A stretch of 64,000 nt of DNA from Candidatus Woesearchaeota archaeon B3_Woes (GCA_005222965.1 NJBG01000001.1:82323-146322); one strand, 5' to 3'; shown: positions 1-10,075, counted from the stretch's first letter. Notes: generated by a model not told the origin, from the sequence alone. Program-made: numbers and translations.

Positions 1-350
1 CTTTTTATCTCTTCTAATCCTTTTTCAATATCACTAAAATTTTGTATAGCAGTAATAGAAATAACAATATCAAAAAAATTATCAGGGTAAGGGATATTCT
101 CAGCAGGTGCTTGTTTATATTCTATCTTATCTTTTTGTCGTGCTTTTTCTAATAATTTTTTAGAAGGATCAACACCATATCTTTTACACTGCCATGGTTC
201 TGTTGTCAAACCAGTGCCGCATCCAACATCTAATAATTTATCTTCAGAATTAATTTTTAAGTTTTTTTTAATCAATTCAATTTTCTTAAGCTGTTCTTCT
301 TTATGAAGCTCTTCATACCCTTGTGCTATTTCATCATAATAATTTGGCAT
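1..350 (-). CDS. class I SAM-dependent methyltransferase (partial, runs off window start)
   Basis: Hand translation from ATG at 350: MPNYYDEIAQGYEEL...LLDVGCGTG...AENIPYPDNFFDIVIS; motif I and Methyltransf_11-like motif. Confidence 0.85.
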   Translation of the reverse strand, partial: MPNYYDEIAQGYEELHKEEQLKKIELIKKNLKINSEDKLLDVGCGTGLTTEPWQCKRYGVDPSKKLLEKARQKDKIEYKQAPAENIPYPDNFFDIVISITAIQNFSDIEKGLEEIK

Positions 351-360
351 TTTAATAATA

Positions 361-432
361 TGCGGCAGCCGAGATTTGAACTCGGGTCACAACGTTGGCA
401 ACGTCATATACTAACCACTATACTACTGCCGC
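361..432 (-). tRNA. tRNA-Gly(GCC)
   Basis: Cloverleaf GCGGCAG...CTGCCGC-A, anticodon loop TTGCCAA, T-loop TTCAAAT. Confidence 0.95.
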
Positions 433-445
433 AATAAAATAGTAA

Positions 446-548
446 TGGGCCCGGCCAGACTTTCTGAGATGAAGAAAAACTTCAATCTTTTCGAACTGGC
501 GACCTACGCCTTGTAAGGGCGTCGTTATAGCCACTAAACCACGAGCCC
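446..548 (-). tRNA. tRNA-Val(TAC) with 30-nt intron in the T-loop (about 59/60; intron 460-489)
   Basis: Acceptor GGGCTCG/CGGGCCC-A, anticodon arm ACGCC-CTTACAA-GGCGT, T-stem GCCAG/CTGGC interrupted by a 30-nt hairpin insert with relaxed BHB. Confidence 0.88.
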
Positions 549-595
549 GTTTTAAAGAACGGATAACAAACCTCTTTAAAAATGTTTTGGAAAGT

Positions 596-940
596 TTATT
601 TTATTGTTTTTATCTTAAAATAATATTCAAGATTATCTTCATCATGATGTCTGCTTATTTCTAAATCAGCTGTTGATCTTACACTTGTTTTTTTTGCTAA
701 GTCTTTTTTTAGCTGTTTTACATTATCGTAATTTTTAATGACTAATAATTTATCTGCATCTTTCCCATCTAATTTAATAACATCTGTTCTGAAAACAGTT
801 TTATTGTAACCATCAACATCCGCTTCATAAAAAACCCAATTTTTGATTGTAATTTTGAAGTCCTTGTCTAAAGGAAGAATTAAATATTCATCAAAATTAA
901 ACTTTTTTTGCGGTTTAGCGTATTTCCATTTCTTTTGCAT
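596..940 (-). CDS. hypothetical protein
   Basis: 114-aa ORF with genome-typical composition; no motif recognised. Confidence 0.6.
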   Translation of the reverse strand: MQKKWKYAKPQKKFNFDEYLILPLDKDFKITIKNWVFYEADVDGYNKTVFRTDVIKLDGKDADKLLVIKNYDNVKQLKKDLAKKTSVRSTADLEISRHHDEDNLEYYFKIKTIK

Positions 941-1106
941 TGTAAAAAATATAATTGTTAGTTATTTTTAAGTTTTCCGTATTTCTATTTCAATTTTATC
1001 TAAACTATTAAATTATGAGTTTTGCATTTGCCATTTGACATGGACACCTAAAACATATAAATATAAAATCATTTACATAGTTTAAATTGATTACACTTGT
1101 AATATA

Positions 1107-1787
1107 ATGATTTCAACAAAAAACACAGTAAAAAAACAAAGTATTAGTATTCCTTATAAAAAATGCGATAAGTTGGCTTTACTTTACGGAATTATATTAG
1201 GGGATGGGTGTTTATCAAGAATAAAAAGAAGTTATTTTATTTCAATTGCAGGGAGTATTAAGGATGATTTAATATTTTTTGAAAAAGTAATTGTTCCTAT
1301 ATTAAAAGATTTGATAAATAAAGAGATACCAATTAGAATAAGAATAAAACAAAGAGAATTGCATATTCTATTTTCACATAAAGTCCTTTTCAATAAATTA
1401 AAAGATAAAGGATTTCCCATTGGAAAGAAAGGAACTAAATTAAAAATTTCAGAGAAATTTAATAAAAATGACATTAAATATATTATTCAAGGTTATTTTG
1501 CAACAGATGGTTGCTTGGTTTTAACAAAAAACCCCAATAAGTTATACCCCAGGATAGAATTTTCAAGTATTTCAAAAGGATTATTATCTCAAGTATTAGT
1601 ATATCTCAAAAATTTAGAAATGAATGGTAATATCTATATAAGCCATAAATATTCAAATAAAAATTGGAATACTTTGTACAGATTACAATTTAATGGTAAG
1701 AATAATCTTAAGATATTTGAGCATAAAATAGGTTTTATTAATCCAAAACACAAAACAAAATATGAATCTTTCTTAAGAATAAAATAA
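1107..1787 (+). CDS. free-standing double-motif LAGLIDADG (DOD-type) homing endonuclease-like protein
   Basis: Motifs LYGIILGDGCL and IQGYFATDGCL, C-terminal IGFINPKH typical of intein-type endonuclease domains; no intein splicing motifs. Confidence 0.85.
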   Translation: MISTKNTVKKQSISIPYKKCDKLALLYGIILGDGCLSRIKRSYFISIAGSIKDDLIFFEKVIVPILKDLINKEIPIRIRIKQRELHILFSHKVLFNKLKDKGFPIGKKGTKLKISEKFNKNDIKYIIQGYFATDGCLVLTKNPNKLYPRIEFSSISKGLLSQVLVYLKNLEMNGNIYISHKYSNKNWNTLYRLQFNGKNNLKIFEHKIGFINPKHKTKYESFLRIK

Positions 1788-1789
1788 AG

Positions 1790-1934
1790 TGGCGGGAGCG
1801 AGATTTGAACTCGCGACTTCTACGTAACTCAGTTTGGATGCGATTAATCATTTCCAAAAGGATCATCGCTCAAACACATGAGCATTGCCAAGCAAATGCT
1901 TTGTAGCACTCTAGCCAGACTGAGCTACCCCGCC
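1790..1934 (-). tRNA. tRNA-Met(CAT), elongator type, with two introns (30/31: 1884-1902; 37/38: 1826-1876)
   Basis: Acceptor GGCGGGG/TCCCGCC-A, T-arm GCGAG-TTCAAAT-CTCGC; removing both BHB-bounded introns gives anticodon arm CTACG-CTCATGA-CGTAG; G1:C72 and no GGG/CCC stem argue against initiator. Confidence 0.88.
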
Positions 1935-1955
1935 AAACAATAATTCTAGAAGAAA

Positions 1956-2369
1956 TTATTCATTTAAAAAAGCTTCTATTTTTTTCCTGTACTCGTCCAT
2001 TTCGTTTTCTTCATACTTTCCCTGAGGCCAAAGTTCTAATCCATCACCTTTAAACCTTGGGATGATGTGGGTATGAAGATGCATAACCAATTGACCAGCA
2101 GATTCTCCATTATTAGAAGTTATAGTTAATCCGTCTGCATTTGTTGCTTTTTTTACAGCAAATGATAATTTCTTAACAGCCTTAGCAACTTCACTAAAAT
2201 TATTTTCATCAACATCAAAGACATTCACATAATGTTTTTTAGGTACAACCAACGCATGGCCTTTATGCACTGGCGCAATATCTAAAAAAGCCAAAACATT
2301 TTCGTTTTCATATAGTTTTGAACAAGGAATCTCTCCTTTAATTATTTTGCAGAACAAACAATCATACAT
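1956..2369 (-). CDS. HIT family nucleotide hydrolase
   Basis: CLFCKI N-terminus, HLHTHIIPR histidine triad. Confidence 0.93.
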   Translation of the reverse strand: MYDCLFCKIIKGEIPCSKLYENENVLAFLDIAPVHKGHALVVPKKHYVNVFDVDENNFSEVAKAVKKLSFAVKKATNADGLTITSNNGESAGQLVMHLHTHIIPRFKGDGLELWPQGKYEENEMDEYRKKIEAFLNE

Positions 2370-2982
2370 TTAAATCACCCAAAATCTTTTTTATTTGCTT
2401 TAAACTATTAATATAATAATCTGCTCCTTTAAATTTGTTTTTATACATAATAACATCAACTCTTGCTTTTTTACCAGCTTCAATATCTACTTTATCATCT
2501 CCTACATATAATACTTCTGATTTTCTTAAACCTAATTTCTTAACAGCTAAATTTATTGGATATGGATCTGGTTTATGTTTTTTCATATGCTCTGAAGTTA
2601 AAATAACATCAAAATATCCTTTTATTTTAAAATAATCTAATATTTGATATGTTGTATCACTTCTATTAGTTACTATTGCTATCTTATAACCATTGTTTTT
2701 AAGAAATCTAAACAGTGTTTTCGTATTTTTTGAAATTTTTATAAATTTCAAATATTTCCTAAAATCAATGCTGTGTTTGTATTCTAAAAATTCTTTTTTG
2801 TTTATACTCGAAAAAAAGACAGGATACTGGTCTTCTTCACATAAAGTATACAACAATCTTTGTTTTTTTCCTTTTGGAAATTTTATATTGAAATGTTTAA
2901 AGATTAGTTTATCATAAGCCAATACTTGTTTTATAGAACTAATTACAACGTTATCAAAATCAAATATTATTGCTTTTATCAT
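2362..2982 (-). CDS. HAD-superfamily phosphatase
   Basis: MIKAIIFDFD, KPDP, YVGDD..D motifs; start placed at ATG 2982. Confidence 0.88.
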   Translation of the reverse strand: MIKAIIFDFDNVVISSIKQVLAYDKLIFKHFNIKFPKGKKQRLLYTLCEEDQYPVFFSSINKKEFLEYKHSIDFRKYLKFIKISKNTKTLFRFLKNNGYKIAIVTNRSDTTYQILDYFKIKGYFDVILTSEHMKKHKPDPYPINLAVKKLGLRKSEVLYVGDDKVDIEAGKKARVDVIMYKNKFKGADYYINSLKQIKKILGDLNV

Positions 2983-2983
2983 T

Positions 2984-3898
2984 TTAAACTTTTTTAAACC
3001 ATTCAATTGTTTCTTTTAAACCGCTTTTCAGATCGTGTTCTGGTTTCCAATTAAGCTCTTTTTCTGCTAAAGTTGTGTCTAAAAAAATATCTTTAACTTC
3101 CCCTTTTATTTCTTCAATATAATTTGGTTTTTCTTTAAAATTTGTTAATTCCTTTAATATATTAAATACTTCATTAACACTAACTTGCTTTCCATTAGCT
3201 AAATTGAATAATTTGTGTTTTGGATTTTTATTTATACTTTCAACTATAAACTTTACCAAATCAATAACATAAATAAAATCTCTTGTTTGTGTCCCATCCC
3301 AAAAAATGGTAGGTATTTTTCCTTTAATCATTTTTTCTATAAAAACTGAGATTAATCTTTTATTACTTGGGTCATCTCTCATACCATAAACATTTCCAAA
3401 ACAAAAGATAATATAATCTAAATTGTATAATTGATTATAAATCCGTATATAGTGTTCTGCTGTATGTTTAGAAATTCCATAAGGAGAACAGGGATTTAAA
3501 GGATGTTTTTCATCTACAGGAAGATATTCTGGTTCACTAACTCTTGCCCCTCCTGTTGACGTATATATGATTTTTTTTACATTATTTTTCCTACACGCTT
3601 CTAGTATATTTATTGTTCCAATAACATTTATTTGAGCATCCTTCATAGGATCTTTTAATGATTCTCTTAACATAACATGAGCAGCAGTATGAATCACAAT
3701 TTCTGGCTTCTCTTTTTCAAAAATAGGATTTATATCTTCTGTAATATCTGCTTTATAAAATTTTGATTGTTTATTTATGTACTCTTTTTTTCCAGTACTT
3801 AAATCATCAACTATAATAACTTTCTCTCCTCTTTTTATAAGAATATCTACTATGTGACTTCCAATAAAACCTGCTCCACCTGTAACTAATATTTTCAT
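2984..3898 (-). CDS. NAD-dependent epimerase/dehydratase (UDP-glucose 4-epimerase-like)
   Basis: GGAGFIG and YGISK SDR motifs. Confidence 0.9.
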   Translation of the reverse strand: MKILVTGGAGFIGSHIVDILIKRGEKVIIVDDLSTGKKEYINKQSKFYKADITEDINPIFEKEKPEIVIHTAAHVMLRESLKDPMKDAQINVIGTINILEACRKNNVKKIIYTSTGGARVSEPEYLPVDEKHPLNPCSPYGISKHTAEHYIRIYNQLYNLDYIIFCFGNVYGMRDDPSNKRLISVFIEKMIKGKIPTIFWDGTQTRDFIYVIDLVKFIVESINKNPKHKLFNLANGKQVSVNEVFNILKELTNFKEKPNYIEEIKGEVKDIFLDTTLAEKELNWKPEHDLKSGLKETIEWFKKV

Positions 3899-4536
3899 TT
3901 TAAGTTTTCTTTTAACTCACTCAAACTAGAAATCTTATTTTCAAACTCTCTGCTTCCGCGTCTGTCAACTAATATTGCTTTTATTCCTGCGTTTTCTGCA
4001 CTTTTAATATCTGAATCTATAGAATCTCCAACCATTACTGCTTCGCTTTTCTTAACCTTTAATTTCTTAAGAACATCTCCAAATGATTTTTTATTAGACT
4101 TTAAATTTCCAGTGTCACAACTTAAAACAATCTCATCAAAATATTCCTTTAATTTGTGCTTTTCCAAAACAGATTCTACTGAAAAAGGATCTGTATTTGC
4201 TATTAATACTAATTTGTAATCTTTTTTCAATTCTGTTAATACATCAATTGTATCATCATAAATAGTTGATAAAATTGTATTCTTATTCCACATCCCTATT
4301 AACTTCTCAACAACAAAATCCGGAACATTTAATTCAAATGCTTTTATAACCTCTTCAAATCCCTCTTTAAGGTCTTTAAATTTCTTTGTCATAAATACTT
4401 CTTCAAATTTAACAATATATTCAGAAAAATCCATATCCTCTAATCTTAAAATCCATTTGACTTGTTTAACAGGACTCCTAACTCCATTTTCTAATAAAGT
4501 TCCCCACAAATCAAAGAATATTAATTTAGTTGCCAT
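3895..4536 (-). CDS. HAD-superfamily hydrolase
   Basis: FFDLWGTL and MVGDS..SD motifs. Confidence 0.85.
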   Translation of the reverse strand: MATKLIFFDLWGTLLENGVRSPVKQVKWILRLEDMDFSEYIVKFEEVFMTKKFKDLKEGFEEVIKAFELNVPDFVVEKLIGMWNKNTILSTIYDDTIDVLTELKKDYKLVLIANTDPFSVESVLEKHKLKEYFDEIVLSCDTGNLKSNKKSFGDVLKKLKVKKSEAVMVGDSIDSDIKSAENAGIKAILVDRRGSREFENKISSLSELKENLK

Positions 4537-4585
4537 TTAATTCCCCATCAATAACCAGTATATCATAATATAAAAATGTTTCTGA

Positions 4586-4969
4586 TTACTTAAGTCTTTT
4601 AGTTATACCAATTTTCTCATGACATTTTCCACATTCAAAAACATAAGAAGGTATTTTGTTAAGATTTTTTCTTTTAAATTCTGTTGTTGCTTCTCCTTCA
4701 AACCCACAATGAGGACATTTGTATATAATTTCTAATTGACTTTTTTCTTCGTGTTCCTGTTTTTCCTCAGAATAACCACATTCAGGACAAACATATTCCT
4801 TTGCCCTCATTTTTACTTTGCCTTTTTCAACAGGTTTGCCCATCTTTGCTTTTCCACACTCAGGACAATCCCTTTTATAAACCCATGCAACTGCATTTCC
4901 ATCATTGTCTAAACTTCTTCTTGTAAAATACAAACATTCTGCTGTTGATTCAGGCATTGTTAAACTCAT
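4586..4969 (-). CDS. zinc-ribbon protein
   Basis: Four CxxC pairs (CPEC, CPEC, CPHC, CGKC). Confidence 0.75.
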   Translation of the reverse strand: MSLTMPESTAECLYFTRRSLDNDGNAVAWVYKRDCPECGKAKMGKPVEKGKVKMRAKEYVCPECGYSEEKQEHEEKSQLEIIYKCPHCGFEGEATTEFKRKNLNKIPSYVFECGKCHEKIGITKRLK

Positions 4970-5091
4970 TATATCACCAAAATAATATTAAATGAATTGT
5001 TTTAAATACTTTTCGATTTGTAAAAAGTAGTGACAACACCGTCTAGAAATATACCAAAACCTTTATATATTAGTTTATAATAACCTTTTTT

Positions 5092-5649
5092 ATGGTGGTG
5101 GATACAGTATATAATCAATTAGGTTTAGTAGATAAATTAACTCTTGATGATGGAGACCATGTAGAAATTATTAGACCTTCTCAAGATGGTGTTTCTTTTA
5201 AATCTCTTATGGATGGGTCAGGAAATAATATATGGTCTTATCGAAACGAAGATACAAGAGAACTTGATAGAAGATTTGGGTTAACAGGGGAATCAATGTT
5301 AGTAGAAGAAGCTATAAAAAGACTAACAGGGGACGAAAGTTTTATTTCATATGATTATTTACAAAAATGTGATTTAGGTAATCCAAAAGTTGCAACTACT
5401 TTAGGTTTTTTTGTAAAAATGGCATTACTTAATGGAAATTTCTTAGGTTACAATGCAAGAGATATTATATTAGAAGGAGTACCTTATTTTCATCCAGAAC
5501 TTGCATTAGAACATACTAATGGGAGTCAACAACCTTATCTTGTACAAAAAAGGGTATATGATGAGTTTCCTCTTTTTCCTAGAGGGTTACCAGACGAATT
5601 TGTAAATCTACATATGCAATCTATTAATCAATTTTCTAGAGCTATTTAA
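5092..5649 (+). CDS. hypothetical protein
   Basis: 185-aa ORF with TATA-like box at about 5061. Confidence 0.6.
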   Translation: MVVDTVYNQLGLVDKLTLDDGDHVEIIRPSQDGVSFKSLMDGSGNNIWSYRNEDTRELDRRFGLTGESMLVEEAIKRLTGDESFISYDYLQKCDLGNPKVATTLGFFVKMALLNGNFLGYNARDIILEGVPYFHPELALEHTNGSQQPYLVQKRVYDEFPLFPRGLPDEFVNLHMQSINQFSRAI

Positions 5650-5650
5650 T

Positions 5651-6250
5651 CTATCTACTAGAATCAGCTTGTCTTTCAATTTCTAATTTCTTTGTAATAG
5701 CATTAGAATTATTGCTTAAATTAAAAGCATTAATAATCTCTTCTGATAAATATTCTTCAATAGATTTCTTAGAATTAAATGATTTATGATAAGCACCTTG
5801 TGTCATATATCTTAAAGCCAAGTCAATTCTCCTTTGTGGAGCACACTCAACTGCTTTTGGATATCTTGCTCCACCATATTCAATTGTTATGATTTCTTCA
5901 CGCTGAGCAGCATTTTCCAAAGCTTTAACAAAAACTTTTATTGGATTATCATTAGTTCTTTTTTCAATAAGTCCTAATGTTCTTTCAACAATATCATATG
6001 CTTTATGGCCTTTTCCAGTGGTTCTTCCGCTTGATTTAAAGTGTTTTCTGCTTTTATGTCCAGGAACCATAAGCTTGTTCATTAATCTCTCAACAATAAA
6101 TACTTTAGACTTATGAAACCTATTTCCAGCGTATTTTGCACCTGTTCTAGGAACAATTTTAGGACTTAAGGTTATATAATTTCTTAAACCAATATCTTCT
6201 ACTTTAATTCCTTCAGTAGACCATCTGTTAAAGGCTTTTATCTCATTCAT
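5651..6250 (-). CDS. rps7: 30S ribosomal protein S7
   Basis: [34 protein letters not shown]. Confidence 0.97.
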   Translation of the reverse strand: MNEIKAFNRWSTEGIKVEDIGLRNYITLSPKIVPRTGAKYAGNRFHKSKVFIVERLMNKLMVPGHKSRKHFKSSGRTTGKGHKAYDIVERTLGLIEKRTNDNPIKVFVKALENAAQREEIITIEYGGARYPKAVECAPQRRIDLALRYMTQGAYHKSFNSKKSIEEYLSEEIINAFNLSNNSNAITKKLEIERQADSSR

Positions 6251-6684
6251 TTTCTAGCTTTCTCTATAATTCCTTTTCTTAAAGCAACTAAACTTTGATC
6301 ATTAACTTTAATAACCTGCCATCTAATACCTGACAAATCACCTTTTGATTTTCCTTTTGCTCCACCAATACACTCTACTACAACTTCATCGTGTTCGTCT
6401 ATTAACTTTGTAGCACCATCTCTTGGGGCAAAAGCAGTTATTTGTTTGCCGTTCTTTATTAACTGAACCCTAACGCACTTTCTCATAGCAGAATTAGGCT
6501 GTTTTGCTTCTAATTGTACTTTTTCTAATACAATACCTTTTGCTTGTGAAGCTCCGCCTAAAGGATCAGATTTTATCTTTAAACCAAGAGTTCTGCTTGC
6601 ATAATTTGAATTCATCCACCTGCCTTTAACCCTTCTCTTTCTAAGCTTGCTTCCCGCTCCCAATCCATTTGATTTTTTCCCCAT
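6247..6684 (-). CDS. rps12: 30S ribosomal protein S12
   Basis: [17 protein letters not shown] signature. Confidence 0.97.
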   Translation of the reverse strand: MGKKSNGLGAGSKLRKRRVKGRWMNSNYASRTLGLKIKSDPLGGASQAKGIVLEKVQLEAKQPNSAMRKCVRVQLIKNGKQITAFAPRDGATKLIDEHDEVVVECIGGAKGKSKGDLSGIRWQVIKVNDQSLVALRKGIIEKARK

Positions 6685-6762
6685 ATTAAGAGTGAAAATT
6701 TGAGGTATTTAAAAAGCTTTGTATTTAGAATTAATATAAAAAAATAAAGAAAAAGAAAAGAA

Positions 6763-7731
6763 TTATCTTTTCTTTAGTCTAATTACTAACACTACGCCTA
6801 CAATAATCACTACAAGATAAGCTAATCCTAGTAATAATGCAGCGCCATATTGGTCCATAAAGGTTTCTTCTTCAACTACTGCTGGAGTTGTAATAACTGG
6901 TGTTGTTGGTTCTTCTACTATTGTAACTTCTTCTTCCTCAGGTTCTTCTGTTGGACAATCTTCAACCTTTAATGTAAAGGGTTCTGTTTCTCGTTCATCT
7001 CCGTCATCATATTCAGCTTTAACATAGAATGTATATGTTTTTGCTGCTGCATCTGCTAAATCTAAGACAAATGATCTCCTTGTTTTTATGTCGTCTTCAT
7101 CATCACCAGCATCCAAATCAAATGATGATTTTTCGCTGATATCTAATTCTGTGTTATAAACAGTCATTTCAACGTCTTCATCGCTTGTACCAATATTCCA
7201 TAAAGTTACTGATACTTCTGTTGTTCTTGAGCATTTAAGTGTCTCATAATTAACAACAGGTTCTTTCATCATTAACTTATGTCTCTTTTTTTCAACATTT
7301 ACAGTAAAATTAAAAGTTTCTGTATATCTAGTGCCATTGTTTTCGTCATCACCTTCTACAGTTACATAAATGTCATAACTTTGGTCATCAACAGCCAATG
7401 GTATTTCAAACTCAAAATCTATACTGTCATCCACATTATATTCTAAATCATCAATATCATCGTCATCATCAAGGTCATCAGATCCTGAGTCATCAATATC
7501 TTTTATGACAACTTCAACATTAATGTCCTCAATATCAACATAAGTACCATTTTGATTATAAATATTAGTTACTTCCACTTCAACATCAAAAGAATCTCCT
7601 GGTTCAACATCATCATCAAAGCTTACATCTACTTCATAGTATATGCCTGTCTCAATTCCATCTGCAGAAACAATCCCTGCAAAACATACAACAAGCAATC
7701 CTATTAGTATACTTAATATTGTTTTTTTCAT
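6763..7731 (-). CDS. acidic cell-surface protein with CARDB/Ig-like domains, signal peptide and C-terminal TM anchor
   Basis: N-terminal hydrophobic signal, D/E-rich beta domains, C-terminal TM plus basic tail; similar to C-terminus of 51635-56410. Confidence 0.75.
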   Translation of the reverse strand: MKKTILSILIGLLVVCFAGIVSADGIETGIYYEVDVSFDDDVEPGDSFDVEVEVTNIYNQNGTYVDIEDINVEVVIKDIDDSGSDDLDDDDDIDDLEYNVDDSIDFEFEIPLAVDDQSYDIYVTVEGDDENNGTRYTETFNFTVNVEKKRHKLMMKEPVVNYETLKCSRTTEVSVTLWNIGTSDEDVEMTVYNTELDISEKSSFDLDAGDDEDDIKTRRSFVLDLADAAAKTYTFYVKAEYDDGDERETEPFTLKVEDCPTEEPEEEEVTIVEEPTTPVITTPAVVEEETFMDQYGAALLLGLAYLVVIIVGVVLVIRLKKR

Positions 7732-7899
7732 TATATACTACCCCCATTAGGTTAATTTAAATTATAATAAAAGAGTAAAATAACTTCTCATATATAAATG
7801 TTTTGTTATTTCAGAGTAGTTAAAAATCATACTTTTCAAAAAGGCCAAATTATGAATTTTTCCATATGTATATATACTACAATATCTACCCTTTCCTAG

Positions 7900-8118
7900 A
7901 TGAACTCTGAAACAACACAAGAGGGATTTAATTCTTATATTGCTGATTTACCAGATAAAGAGCTATGTAAATATATGGAAAATATCCACGGAATTGTTAA
8001 TTTGTGTAATGCTCATTTTAAGTGTAAATACCAGACAAAAATAAGCTTTCAGTTCAGGTTAAAAGCAAAACATGAATGTAAACGTCCACATTATATGAAA
8101 CTAAAGAAATTATTATGA
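7900..8118 (+). CDS. small Cys-containing hypothetical protein
   Basis: 72-aa ORF with four Cys. Confidence 0.5.
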   Translation: MNSETTQEGFNSYIADLPDKELCKYMENIHGIVNLCNAHFKCKYQTKISFQFRLKAKHECKRPHYMKLKKLL

Positions 8119-8640
8119 CTTGTTCTCTGTGGTTTCTATTAAACATCCACAAGGAAGCTTTTTCTGAACTCTCTTAAGAGCTTCTCGTGCGGTTTTTAGG
8201 TCATTTTTATTTACTTTTAATCTGAATAATGTTTGGCCTTTCCTAACTTGTGCTGCAACACTATGTGGTTTTCCAAAACTATGGCTCATACCAGTACTAA
8301 ACCTATCAGCTCCAGCTCCAGCCGCCACTGGATTTTCTCTTGTAACGTGATGAGGATAAACCACTATACTTAATGCATATTCTTTTGTGCCAAGCTCTTT
8401 TTCTAATAATCTGTTAGAAGATTGTCTTGCTGATTCTATTGCATTATGTCTTATTTGTAAATCTGATTTAGATTTAAGATCTAGAATATAATTAAATTTT
8501 CTTGTTTTATTGCCCATGTTAAATCTAATAATAGTATGTCTCGGCTGAGCTTTAATAAAAGACTTTTTCTTATATTTTGATATTCTTGTATAAGGTCTTT
8601 CTATTCTCCTATATGATGTAAATTTTCTTAATCTTGCCAT
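8113..8640 (-). CDS. rpl10e: 50S ribosomal protein L10e/uL16
   Basis: QIRHNAIESARQ, AGADRFSTGMSHSFGKP; start placed at MARLRK. Confidence 0.95.
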   Translation of the reverse strand: MARLRKFTSYRRIERPYTRISKYKKKSFIKAQPRHTIIRFNMGNKTRKFNYILDLKSKSDLQIRHNAIESARQSSNRLLEKELGTKEYALSIVVYPHHVTRENPVAAGAGADRFSTGMSHSFGKPHSVAAQVRKGQTLFRLKVNKNDLKTAREALKRVQKKLPCGCLIETTENKS

Positions 8641-8726
8641 AGAAGAGAGGGATTTTAAGCTATTTATAAAGTTTTCTATGTCTTTAAAACAAAAACATAT
8701 AAAAACCAATAGCATATTTTCTTATT

Positions 8727-9008
8727 ATGGATAAAATAACAGACGAAAAGCTTGAAAAATATTTTGAAGTTACATCTAAAGCTTTGGAAAAAGTAGAAGC
8801 TTCTTCAAATAAAACTTCTTTAGTTAAAGAAAGAGAAGATTTTCTTGATATGATTAAAAGGTATATTTCAGATGCTCAACATTTTAGAGAAAAAGAGGAT
8901 AAAATAAACGCTTTTGCAGCATTAAATTATGCTCATGGTTGGTTAGACGCAGGAGCAAGAATTGGTATATTTGATGTTCATGATTCTGAATTATTCACAG
9001 CAGATTAA
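8727..9008 (+). CDS. DUF357 family protein
   Basis: AFAALNYAHGWLDAGARIG signature. Confidence 0.88.
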   Translation: MDKITDEKLEKYFEVTSKALEKVEASSNKTSLVKEREDFLDMIKRYISDAQHFREKEDKINAFAALNYAHGWLDAGARIGIFDVHDSELFTAD

Positions 9009-10000
9009 ATCTTTGGATAAATTCCTTCCTGCATAAAAACCTTGTTGATCTTAACACCAACACCTTTTAACTCATTCATCATCTGGCTAGAAGTCATATT
9101 TGCAGTTCCAACAGCAACTAATTCATCCTTCAAAGTCATAACAGCAACAATATCCTCTCTTTTAATACCTGACTCAAGCTTAGAAATCCCAGGCATTTTA
9201 AGATTAGAACCATGAGTTAGGCTATGAACAGTTGTATCTAAAACCCAAAGTTTAGGCAAATGTCTAACAGCAGTTTCAATTGGTTTTATACAATGCCTAA
9301 TAAATTTCTCATTGCCTTCATTTTTATAATACCAATAAGCATCTGTTAGATCATGCAAAGTAACTAATCCTTTTTCACCAAAAGGTCCTGCTTTTGTTCT
9401 TCTTAATTCAGCCATATGTGCTCCCATGTTTAACTTCCTTCCAATATCGTGGCACAATTTTCTTATATAGGTTCCAGCCTCTACTCCTGTTCTAAACAAA
9501 ACATCTTGATCAATAACTTCAATAATATCAAAATAATAGATTTCTCTTTCTCTTAATTGTCTTTTAACAGCAGATTTTATAGGTGGTTTTTGTTGTATCT
9601 TTCCTATAAAATGTTTTTTAATAACTCTTTCTACCTCTTCTTTTGAAATTTCTTTATGTAAATGCATTATTCCAACATACTCTTTTCCTGCTTTTAGCAA
9701 TGATTGTACAATTCTTGTTGCTCTTCCTACAGCTACTAATAAAACTCCAGTTACAATAGGATCTAGAGTTCCTGAATGTCCTGATTTTTTTATACCTAAA
9801 ATTTTTTGAACATAAGCACTTGTCTGATGAGAAGTAGGGCCTCTTGGTTTGTCTATATTAACAACACCATAATTAATTAGTTCTTTTACAGATCTCTCTT
9901 CTGGATTACAACCAAATTTATCAGAAGTCTTAGATTCCTTTTTAACAAGGGTTTCTCTCTTATTCTTTTCAAAAGGTAATAAATTATTCATTTTATACAC
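9005..10000 (-). CDS. cbf5: H/ACA RNA-guided pseudouridine synthase Cbf5
   Basis: DKPRGPTSHQ, GHSGTLDP, GTYIRKLCHD, C-terminal PUA domain. Confidence 0.95.
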   Translation of the reverse strand: MYKMNNLLPFEKNKRETLVKKESKTSDKFGCNPEERSVKELINYGVVNIDKPRGPTSHQTSAYVQKILGIKKSGHSGTLDPIVTGVLLVAVGRATRIVQSLLKAGKEYVGIMHLHKEISKEEVERVIKKHFIGKIQQKPPIKSAVKRQLREREIYYFDIIEVIDQDVLFRTGVEAGTYIRKLCHDIGRKLNMGAHMAELRRTKAGPFGEKGLVTLHDLTDAYWYYKNEGNEKFIRHCIKPIETAVRHLPKLWVLDTTVHSLTHGSNLKMPGISKLESGIKREDIVAVMTLKDELVAVGTANMTSSQMMNELKGVGVKINKVFMQEGIYPKI

Positions 10001-10028
10001 TCAAATATCGGTTAATAAGAAAGAATTA

Positions 10029-10056
10029 ATTTGCGTTAATAAGATTTGCGGTTTTA
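10029..10056 (+). repeat. dif-like site, left-border type (ATTTGCGTTAA-TAAGAT-TTGCGGTTTTA)
   Basis: Shares TTAATAAGATTTGCNGTTTTAA with 20811-20832; lies at the junction of cbf5 and an accessory block. Confidence 0.65.
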
Positions 10057-10075
10057 ACATCATCATAGAATGATT

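Noticed and set aside
1107..1787. Intein or group I intron host for the LAGLIDADG domain
   Set aside because: No N-terminal Cys/Ser or C-terminal His-Asn splice motifs, no interrupted host gene, and the ORF lies outside the tRNA introns.
1826..1876. C/D box guide RNA inside tRNA-Met intron 2 (CGATGA...CTGA)
   Set aside because: The CTGA overlaps the BHB helices, the C box is imperfect, and I found no guide complementarity.
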